Positions 47,184 through 53,748 of a stretch of 64,000 bases of DNA are shown piece by piece. The translations under genes were made by a program, and so were the position numbers. A model generated the notes under the pieces. That model ran no database searches, was not told the DNA's origin, and was given only the letters and a program-made list of their open reading frames with translations. Source of the DNA: a virus; the IMG/VR virus record IMGVR_UViG_3300049830_000285, positions 96,001-160,000 of that record; one strand, written 5' to 3'. How positions within the stretch are numbered: position 1 is the first letter of the stretch; every line of letters starts with the position of its first letter.

Positions 47184-47225
47184 TCTCCGTGTAAAAGAGT
47201 AACTCTACCGCTGAGTTAATCGCCC
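47184..47225 (-). pseudogene. 5' fragment of tRNA-Val(UAC) lacking T-arm and 3' acceptor strand
   Basis: GGGCGAU UA ACUC AGCGGUA GAGU U ACUCU UUUACAC GGAGA, then runs into the HNH upstream region. Confidence 0.8.
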
Positions 47226-47230
47226 GTAAA

Positions 47231-47306
47231 AGACGGAAAGCGAAAACCATATTGCCTATCGAACCCAACTTAATGGGATTAGAAGTAATGACTTTCATAG
47301 CCGCCT
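47231..47306 (-). ncRNA. Unassigned 76-nt structured RNA in the tRNA array
   Basis: AGGCGG/CCGUCU closing stem; UGAAAGUCAU/AUGGUUUUCG 10-bp stem; inner hairpin AAUCCC/GGGUU; junction strands UACUUC and GCAAU. Confidence 0.5.
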
Positions 47307-47312
47307 AAATCT

Positions 47313-47387
47313 TGGTATCCGCACTGAGACTTGAACTCAGAACCTTTCGCTAATCAGGCAAACGCGCTACCATTGCGCCATACGGAT
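47313..47387 (-). tRNA. tRNA-Ile(GAU) with U37
   Basis: AUCCGUA/UGCGGAU; UUUGC-CUGAUUA-GCGAA; CUGAG-UUCAAGU-CUCAG; ACCA. Confidence 0.9.
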
Positions 47388-47405
47388 ATATCGGTGGATT
47401 AAAAT

Positions 47406-47480
47406 TGGTGGGCAGTGTGAGAATCGAACTCACTTCGTTTCCGTGTAAGAGAAACTCTATTACCAAATTGATAACCGCCC
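47406..47480 (-). tRNA. tRNA-Val(UAC)
   Basis: GGGCGGU/ACUGCCC; UUUCU-CUUACAC-GGAAA; GUGAG-UUCGAUU-CUCAC; ACCA. Confidence 0.88.
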
Positions 47481-47632
47481 AGATTGACTAGTCGCCCGAG
47501 AAAGATTAAAATATATACGATTGTTCTGTCACGCAGTATTTTTGCATATATTTTAATCAAAATGCCAGATTAGAAAGTATGGTGTTTTACCCTTTTCTTG
47601 GGAAATATGCCATGTTTTTTAATCTGAGAAAA

Positions 47633-47707
47633 TGGTACCAACGGGGGGAATCGAACCCCGCCCCCGAGAAGGTATGAACTTCTGGCCCTTTGCCCAAGGT
47701 CGTTGGC
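47633..47707 (-). tRNA. Atypical tRNA with CAU anticodon (Met or Ile2)
   Basis: GCCAACG/CGUUGGU; AGAAG-UUCAUAC-CUUCU; D-arm CCUU-GGGCA-AAGG without U8; imperfect T-stem; ACCA. Confidence 0.65.
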
Positions 47708-47772
47708 ATGTATTGATTTATCATGGGATGGAAGTTTGGGTACTTCCATCCCTCGCAATCAGCTCTATTCGG

Positions 47773-47801
47773 TTTTCAAAGTGCATTGTGAACTTTCGTT
47801 C
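47773..47801 (-). promoter_or_regulatory. rrn-like boxB hairpin plus boxA (Nus antitermination signal)
   Basis: GAAC-GAAA-GUUC, ACAA, then UGCACUUUGAAAA; matches the boxB-boxA order of rRNA leaders. Confidence 0.6.
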
Positions 47802-47814
47802 GGTGTATAAATCT

Positions 47815-47856
47815 AAAAAAAAAGAAGGATTCGGTCTTTCTGACCGAATCCTTCTT
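47815..47856 (-). terminator. Attenuator terminator
   Basis: AAGAAGGAUUCGGUC-AGAAA-GACCGAAUCCUUCUU (15 bp) ending in a 9-U run. Confidence 0.92.
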
Positions 47857-47879
47857 GCATTTCTCTTTGCTTGTGGAAC

Positions 47880-47957
47880 TTAGGTCAGAACGTCCTCTGC
47901 GATAATCGCAGCGGCTACAACAATTGCCATGACCATAATGTTTCTGTTGTATCTCAT
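47880..47957 (-). CDS. Leader peptide MRYNRNIMVMAIVVAAAIIAEDVLT (25 aa; not in the ORF track)
   Basis: AAGGA 13 nt upstream of ATG; 14 consecutive I/M/V/A codons; last codons contain UUCUGACC, complementary to GGUCAGAA of the terminator. Confidence 0.8.
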   Translation of the reverse strand: MRYNRNIMVMAIVVAAAIIAEDVLT

Positions 47958-47984
47958 TTTCGTTCTTTGTTCCTTTTTAAAATC

Positions 47985-48061
47985 TGGGTGCGAGCTGCTG
48001 GAATCTAACCAACCTACCGGGGTTTATGAGACCTCGCTCGTCAACAGTAGAGTAAGCCGCA
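47985..48061 (-). tRNA. Degenerate tRNA-like RNA with CAU anticodon at the 5' end of the attenuated transcript
   Basis: UGCGGCU/AGC(U)CGCA bulged acceptor; GAGGU-CUCAUAA-ACCCC; T-loop UUAGAUU; C73-CCA. Confidence 0.5.
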
Positions 48062-48066
48062 TATTC

Positions 48067-48095
48067 ATTATGCACTGTCAATATGCATTTGTCAA
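48067..48095 (-). promoter_or_regulatory. Sigma70-type promoter of the leader/tRNA operon
   Basis: TTGACA (48095-48090), 17 nt, CATAAT (48072-48067); predicted +1 at the start of the CAU tRNA-like element. Confidence 0.8.
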
Positions 48096-48129
48096 CAACA
48101 TTTGAGGATTTTTTCAAATCTTTTTGTTT

Positions 48130-48408
48130 TTAGCCTAAAACTGGAATGTCTTCAGCTTCATAACGTGTTGTACTTGACCATCCTTCTGGCGACTGCTCTT
48201 TGCACTCAAAGGCAACACATCTGTTTCGACCAGACTGAGCAGTTTGCTGATATGGGCGATTTTTACCATTACCAGTTGTCATCATCGGCTGAAATTCCCC
48301 CAATGACTTGACATTCTCTATGCCATATTTTTCTTCAAGATAATGTCTGACTTTATATTCAGTTGTAAAATTGCCGATTCTTTGGCTTGCAAAAGTGAGT
48401 AACCACAT
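48130..48408 (-). CDS. Hypothetical protein
   Basis: TGCTATAAT-N6-ATG. Confidence 0.55.
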   Translation of the reverse strand: MWLLTFASQRIGNFTTEYKVRHYLEEKYGIENVKSLGEFQPMMTTGNGKNRPYQQTAQSGRNRCVAFECKEQSPEGWSSTTRYEAEDIPVLG

Positions 48409-48428
48409 AACTGAATTATAGCATAGAT

Positions 48429-48617
48429 TCAGTTAGGCGTCTTCCAATCATCATTTGAATCATTATAAGGAGACTTGCGTGGCAGATATCCAAGTGCTAT
48501 TTCTGCCTGTCTCAAAGTATTCTGTCCGCGTTTCCATCCTCGAAAAGAGTCATCCTCTTCAACAGCTTCGTACAAATTCTTAAGCGCTCGTCTTAATGTA
48601 TCTTCAGTTTCGTTCAT
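48429..48617 (-). CDS. Hypothetical protein
   Basis: Small ORF overlapping the upstream stop. Confidence 0.5.
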   Translation of the reverse strand: MNETEDTLRRALKNLYEAVEEDDSFRGWKRGQNTLRQAEIALGYLPRKSPYNDSNDDWKTPN

Positions 48618-48874
48618 GGCTGATTTCTATTGTACAGAGTTACTTCTTTATCGCAACCACTACAGAAATATTTCTTTTCAAAGAGTGATTTGGAAAGGAT
48701 GGTGGTGATATCGTATCCCTCTCCATTTCGCAGCACGACACAATCTATCAGCACATTGTGGATTTTACCGTCAGCATCGACCTCTTCATGCATAAACTGT
48801 GCGTCATCGCAAATTAGCATATAGGGATAGTCAGTGTGGTCGGTAACAAGTTCAGGATTTTCTGTATTGAACAT
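48614..48874 (-). CDS. Hypothetical protein
   Basis: TGATATACT-N6-ATG; C-terminal YFCSGC. Confidence 0.55.
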   Translation of the reverse strand: MFNTENPELVTDHTDYPYMLICDDAQFMHEEVDADGKIHNVLIDCVVLRNGEGYDITTILSKSLFEKKYFCSGCDKEVTLYNRNQP

Positions 48875-48886
48875 GTTCTTAGTATA

Positions 48887-49249
48887 TCACAATTCATCAT
48901 CTTTCATCTTAGCGTGAAGTTTAGCGTGACAATTGCGACAAATCACAATGCATTTATCCATTTCCGCCTGTAGTACGGCAATGGATACTGGTCTTTTTGC
49001 CATATCGGATATATTGCCAGATTTGTTTCCAATATGATGAAAGTCTAAACAAACAATATCAGATTCCCCGCAAGCGCACGGATTTACCATTCTGTATTCA
49101 TCTATATACTGTTTGTTTCGGTTGCGATGAAGTTCTTTGTGAATTTTTGCAGTAGCTTTTTGCTTAGCCTGATATTCTGGCTCTGCATAGCGTTTTTTGT
49201 GATACGAGGCTTGATATGCTTTTTTATCTTCCGTTGATTTGGGTGGCAT
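48887..49249 (-). CDS. HNH endonuclease (paralog of 46777..47145)
   Basis: NPCACGESDIVCLDFHH..KCIVICRNCHAKLH. Confidence 0.85.
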   Translation of the reverse strand: MPPKSTEDKKAYQASYHKKRYAEPEYQAKQKATAKIHKELHRNRNKQYIDEYRMVNPCACGESDIVCLDFHHIGNKSGNISDMAKRPVSIAVLQAEMDKCIVICRNCHAKLHAKMKDDEL

Positions 49250-49302
49250 ACCATATCATACCATGTATAACAAAGCCCATCCTTTAGATGGGCTTATAAA
49301 AA

Positions 49303-49378
49303 TGGTGCGGAGGCAAGATTCGAACTTGCGACCTTTGAGGTATGAACCCAACAAGCTACCAGACTGCTCTACTCCGCA
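49303..49378 (-). tRNA. tRNA-fMet(CAU)-like
   Basis: UGCGGAG/CUCCGCA; A11-U24; UUGGG-UUCAUAC-CUCAA (near 3GC); only one A before CCA, so N72/N73 is ambiguous. Confidence 0.85.
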
Positions 49379-49427
49379 ATATCATTATACCAACATAATC
49401 ACCACTTATCAACTATTTTGAGAAAAA

Positions 49428-50294
49428 ATGTATAAAGCTATTGAATTCGTTGATGAAACGAGTCAAAAATTGCCAAGTGATGAGCTTGGCGGAGACATTA
49501 CGATGAGTAATACAAATAATTCAGCCATAGATGCTATCTATGAAGGAATGGTGGAATCCATTCACGGAATCGACATTACTACTGTTTACAGAGAAGAGCA
49601 AAAAGATTCTCTCTGGCATAGGATATGTGACTTCAAAACATATCCATTTACAGAATACTTTATGTTAGAGGGAAATACTGGCCCTATTTTCATAAGAGTT
49701 TCAGATAAATTAATGACGGCTGGCGGATTAGCAGCAACTTACATTCCAAAAATAACTATTGCCACAAATCCAACAATCAGGTTAGAAGAACTGCGCAAAA
49801 TGCATGATTTTGAAAATCTAATACGTTTTGCCTGTCATCGTCTACATACTCAAATTGATATGGAGTTGATTAAGATTCTTCTTGAGACACACAAAGATAG
49901 TCACGAACTTGAAGAATATACGACCATGATAATGAGCGCGGAAACATGTGAGCAGTTGATTGGTGAGCCTATTGATTGCTCGTTTCATACTCACAAAGGT
50001 TATTCATATAAAATTCCATTAAGAGGAATGGTGCCGACATGGGTGGTGGAAGACACTGAATTCACCAAACTAAGTCTTGACAAATCTGTGGTTATAGACT
50101 TTCAACATGATGGGAAGAAAATAATCATCAGCAATGAAATGCCACCAGACACTATCATTAAGTTAAATGACAATCCAGTTGGTATTGTTTGTTCCCGCGA
50201 GATTGTCTATGCCATGCCCTGTCCTGAGCCAAAAAGATTAAGACTTGGAGCAGTGATTTCTGATGAAATAGGAGTAGGCGTTTACGGCTCTTGA
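49428..50294 (+). CDS. Possible degenerate major-capsid-protein paralog
   Basis: IIISNEMPPDTIIKL..PVGIV..PCPEPKRLRLGAVISDEIGVGVY; shares a motif with 36912..37136. Confidence 0.4.
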   Translation: MYKAIEFVDETSQKLPSDELGGDITMSNTNNSAIDAIYEGMVESIHGIDITTVYREEQKDSLWHRICDFKTYPFTEYFMLEGNTGPIFIRVSDKLMTAGGLAATYIPKITIATNPTIRLEELRKMHDFENLIRFACHRLHTQIDMELIKILLETHKDSHELEEYTTMIMSAETCEQLIGEPIDCSFHTHKGYSYKIPLRGMVPTWVVEDTEFTKLSLDKSVVIDFQHDGKKIIISNEMPPDTIIKLNDNPVGIVCSREIVYAMPCPEPKRLRLGAVISDEIGVGVYGS

Positions 50295-50869
50295 TGCTCG
50301 ATGCCATAAAAAGCGTCTAGCTCTTCTGTCGGAATCTGGTCATTCCATAAACCAGAATAAGACATGATTGGGTAAAGGCGCTTTACAAATTCATCCATTT
50401 GTTCTTTGCTTAGCTTAAGGTCATCCATTTTTTGATTAGCAAAATCAAAGATGACTGTCATAAGAAGCATATTTTTGATTGGTTCTGGTAGTTCTACATG
50501 AATAGTAATTTGCTTTTTACTCTCATTCTTTTCGAACAATGTGCCGGGAATTAATGGTTTTTGAACAACTCTCCACCAATTGTTATCGCCAACTTGAATG
50601 GCAGTCACGAGTTTTGATTTGTCATATCTGAGTAGTGGCTTGACAGAGTTGTCATATTCCCACTTGCCCTCTTTGTAATTTTTGGCAGCTTCTACTCGCG
50701 CCTCTTCTTCGCTGCTTGCCCATCCAAAATATGTTTTACCATTAACAACAAGCTCTGCTGTCCAAGTGTTGACGCCATCGCTGCTAATTCCGCTGCGCCA
50801 TAAGCGGAATGTTCCATATTTTCCTAAAATTACATCATTTAGATGCTTCGCCTGTTTTATCGTGTTCAT
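50282..50869 (-). CDS. Hypothetical protein
   Basis: 195-aa ORF; WTAELVVNGKTYFGWASSEEEARVEAA is dsRBD-like. Confidence 0.55.
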   Translation of the reverse strand: MNTIKQAKHLNDVILGKYGTFRLWRSGISSDGVNTWTAELVVNGKTYFGWASSEEEARVEAAKNYKEGKWEYDNSVKPLLRYDKSKLVTAIQVGDNNWWRVVQKPLIPGTLFEKNESKKQITIHVELPEPIKNMLLMTVIFDFANQKMDDLKLSKEQMDEFVKRLYPIMSYSGLWNDQIPTEELDAFYGIEHQEP

Positions 50870-51242
50870 GATTGAATCGCCGCAGGAACTGTTTTGCTCG
50901 ATTGGTGACGTTGGAAACCGTTTTTTCTAAGATTTGCCCAACTGTTTGCGCTGGTGTAAACCGCATGCATTCTCCGCCGCGAGCTTTGATGATTGTAACA
51001 ATCCATCCCTGACTTTGATATCTTTTTACAAGAATATCACGAATTTCTTGTGAAATATTGTCACTTAGCTTGACTAAAACGGGTTCACCTTTTCGAATTG
51101 ACTTCGCGCTGGATAGCATTTCAGCATCAATGATGTTTTCCAGATTTACAACTTGCAGCGTGCGATTCATGTTTGTCATCGCCTCAGGCGTAGTTGTGTC
51201 TGGTGTACTTTGTTCGATTACTTCTTCTGGACTATATGCCAT
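50835..51242 (-). CDS. Hypothetical protein
   Basis: TCCTCA-N17-TATAAT-N6-ATG. Confidence 0.6.
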   Translation of the reverse strand: MAYSPEEVIEQSTPDTTTPEAMTNMNRTLQVVNLENIIDAEMLSSAKSIRKGEPVLVKLSDNISQEIRDILVKRYQSQGWIVTIIKARGGECMRFTPAQTVGQILEKTVSNVTNRAKQFLRRFNHEHDKTGEASK

Positions 51243-51323
51243 ACTGTGATTATAGCATAAAATGATGGTTTTGAGGATATTTGAGATTTTCCTCAAAATA
51301 GGTTCAAAGCAAGCTATGAAATC

Positions 51324-53177
51324 ATGAAAGTTTGCATGGCACAATTAGAGGTAAGAACAGGCGACCTCGACGGAAACACTCATCAAATCATCGAAACCCT
51401 TTTCGACAACCAAGATAAGGCAGATGTTATTCTCTTTCCAGAATTTATGGTTTGCGGATACAACTGCGGTAGCTTGTTTGAATCAGAAGAATTCATTGAC
51501 GATTGTCTGAATAAGATTGATACAATCAAGCACTTGGTTGGTGACAACCTTGTTATGGTGGGGTGTCCCACTTACGCAGAGCCGAAGTATGAGCCAAATG
51601 GTAATCTTCGACTTCACAACTCTGTGTTCGTTATGCACCAGGGCAAGATTATTCACGTTCACCACAAGAATTTGCTCGCAAATGATTTCCAACACGAAGA
51701 CCGAAAGTATTTCATTCCTGGCGAGACTGTTGAGCCATTCCAATATAGGGGCAAGTGGTATGGCGTTCTTACTTGCGAGGATTGTTGGAGAGGCGACCAC
51801 ACACGAGATTTGGTGGGTGAGCTTAAGGAACAACAGCCGAGCATTGAATCCATATTCTGCTTGAACTATTCTTACTTCACTTACTCCAAGGCTGACTTCC
51901 GAGCCAACTTGCTTTCAGGTTTGTCAAAGGAACACGAAGTTTTCATTTTCTACGTCAACGCAGTTGGTATTGGAGATATCGTAAAGAATTACATTTCTTA
52001 CGACGGTCGTTCTTTGGTATATACGCCAAAGGGAGAGCTGCTTTGCGAAATGGCATCGTTTGCCAAGGATGTTCACATCGTTGATACTGATTATATGGAC
52101 GGTAAGGTGATGAAGACTCAACATTCCCCAAAGAATATGATTAACTTTGCACCCTCAAGAAAGGGTAAGGGAAGTTCAAAGATTACGCCAGCGCCACTTT
52201 GTGCTGTAGAATATTCAACAAGCCTTCGCGACCATAAGTGGACTAAGTATTCTCGAATTTGGAGTTCCATGCTTTATGTTCAAAAGGAACTATTTGCGCA
52301 ATGTGGAATCAAGAAGGCTCAAGTACACGTTTCTGGTGGAGTTGATAGTGCGGTTAATGCTGTTCTTTGCGCCAAGGCGATGGGAGAAGAAAATTGTGTA
52401 TTCGTCACAAACCCAAGTCAGCACAACGGAGATTTCACAAAGAGTAACGCGCAGTCTATTTGTGATAAGTTGGGTGTACCGCTTTATTGGGTGCCAATCC
52501 AGACAATCGTTGATGCATCACTTGAGGCTTGCGATAAGGGTATTGGTCAAAAGCTTTCCGCCGTTCCATTTGTTGTTGGTACATCCGAAGCCACTGTGAG
52601 AAGCACCGTAGGCTTGACAATGGCAAACTTCTTCAATAGTGGTATCGTTTCTACTGGAAATCACACAGAAAACGTACTTGGTTGGTTTTCGTTCCACGAC
52701 GTTGGCAGCATTGGCGTCTATCAGCCAATCGGTGACTTAACTAAGCTTGAACTCTTTGACCTCTGTGGATTCGTTAACAATCTTTACGGCGAGGAGCTTA
52801 TCCCGAGAGAGCTATGGGACGAAGAAGTGCGAACACAACCTGCCGCAGAACTTGCTGACTCCACCGACGACCCATTCGATTATCAAATCTATTCTGGAAT
52901 CTGCGCTGAAATGATTCGAGCGAGAAAGCTTCCAAGAGACTTGATTCGAGACTTTGACATGAGAAATCTGAATGAAGACGCTTTTCCTCCAACGAAGCAC
53001 TATGATTACTACGCCGACAGAGAGAAGTTCGAGAATGCTGTAAACGACGCTTACAAGCGAAGCAAGAGAAGTGTTTATAAGTGTGCTCAATCTGCGCCAG
53101 TGCTAATCATGTCGCCACGGTCAAGAGGATTCAGTTCGCGAGAAACGATTCTTAACTTCTACGACGCGACTGTTTAG
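51324..53177 (+). CDS. nadE: Glutamine-dependent NAD+ synthetase
   Basis: Nitrilase domain (LFPEF, HHKNLL..E.KYF, TCEDCW) fused to synthetase domain (VSGGVDSAV, STGNHTE, QPIGDLTK, PAAEL). Confidence 0.9.
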   Translation: MKVCMAQLEVRTGDLDGNTHQIIETLFDNQDKADVILFPEFMVCGYNCGSLFESEEFIDDCLNKIDTIKHLVGDNLVMVGCPTYAEPKYEPNGNLRLHNSVFVMHQGKIIHVHHKNLLANDFQHEDRKYFIPGETVEPFQYRGKWYGVLTCEDCWRGDHTRDLVGELKEQQPSIESIFCLNYSYFTYSKADFRANLLSGLSKEHEVFIFYVNAVGIGDIVKNYISYDGRSLVYTPKGELLCEMASFAKDVHIVDTDYMDGKVMKTQHSPKNMINFAPSRKGKGSSKITPAPLCAVEYSTSLRDHKWTKYSRIWSSMLYVQKELFAQCGIKKAQVHVSGGVDSAVNAVLCAKAMGEENCVFVTNPSQHNGDFTKSNAQSICDKLGVPLYWVPIQTIVDASLEACDKGIGQKLSAVPFVVGTSEATVRSTVGLTMANFFNSGIVSTGNHTENVLGWFSFHDVGSIGVYQPIGDLTKLELFDLCGFVNNLYGEELIPRELWDEEVRTQPAAELADSTDDPFDYQIYSGICAEMIRARKLPRDLIRDFDMRNLNEDAFPPTKHYDYYADREKFENAVNDAYKRSKRSVYKCAQSAPVLIMSPRSRGFSSRETILNFYDATV

Positions 53178-53186
53178 GTCAGTTAA

Positions 53187-53366
53187 CTAATCGGATTGAG
53201 GGCTATCTTTTGATTGAAGATAGCCCTCAATCAATTTAGCCGCTAGATGCACATTAAATGCTGCTTGTCCGTGAGATGTTCTTACGCAATCTTTCTGAAT
53301 TTGTTTAGCAAGCTCTATCGCTTGATTATCAATTGGTGTGTCTTTTTGCTTCTTCCATGATTGCAT
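53187..53366 (-). CDS. 59-aa hypothetical protein (below the ORF-track cut-off)
   Basis: TGCTATAAT-N6-ATG; MQSWKKQKDTPIDNQAIELAKQIQKD.. Confidence 0.45.
   Translation of the reverse strand: MQSWKKQKDTPIDNQAIELAKQIQKDCVRTSHGQAAFNVHLAAKLIEGYLQSKDSPQSD
53194..53232. terminator. Hairpin downstream of nadE
   Basis: GATTGAGGGCTATCTT / AAGATAGCCCTCAATC, 16-bp stem. Confidence 0.75.
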
Positions 53367-53391
53367 CTAAAGATTATAGCACAATCTGAAG

Positions 53392-53748
53392 CTAGAAATA
53401 CGGAAGGTCATCTGGAAAATCCTCGGCAATCTTACCAGTTTCTTCGATTTCGTAAGCCATTTCTTCGGCAAGCTCTGCGATTTGTTGAACTATACACGCT
53501 CTGTCGAAAAGCGCCTTGTCGCTAATGAGCCCTAGTGTGTTCACAAGCTCTTGTCTGGCACAACCGCGTGCCTTGCTGTCTTGTATTGCATTGAGTGCTT
53601 CAGCGAGTGCTGGAATGTCTTCTGGCTCCAGATATGCCACCATCTTGCCATCAACGACGAGATGATGCATACGCACCCTTCCACCGTAAGTGCAAATGAT
53701 TTGCATACGTCCGAAGTCATGTAAGATTTCTACCTTGTAATCGTCCAT
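53392..53748 (-). CDS. Hypothetical protein, paralog of 53748..54047
   Basis: VDGKMVAYLEPEDIPALAEAL..DSKARG..DDLPYF. Confidence 0.65.
   Translation of the reverse strand: MDDYKVEILHDFGRMQIICTYGGRVRMHHLVVDGKMVAYLEPEDIPALAEALNAIQDSKARGCARQELVNTLGLISDKALFDRACIVQQIAELAEEMAYEIEETGKIAEDFPDDLPYF

Noticed and set aside
45611-47225. Group I intron in tRNA genes around the HNH ORFs
   Set aside because: No P7/catalytic core sequence was recognisable and the flanks are too short; treated as free-standing endonucleases.
46381-47707. Theta/HDV-like ribozymes at tRNA 3' ends
   Set aside because: Spacers are short and lack the nested pseudoknot pattern on manual inspection; a covariance search is still worthwhile.
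43706-47798. Identical 11-mer GTGAACTTTCG in the tRNA-Ile variable arm and in the boxB-like hairpin
   Set aside because: An 11-nt match between two arbitrary sites in several kb is expected by chance, and both contain a common GAAA tetraloop.
47880-47957. The 25-aa ORF as a type I membrane toxin
   Set aside because: It is hydrophobic, but it lacks Leu/Phe in the core and a basic C-terminus. The codon match to the downstream tRNAs and the antiterminator pairing explain it better.
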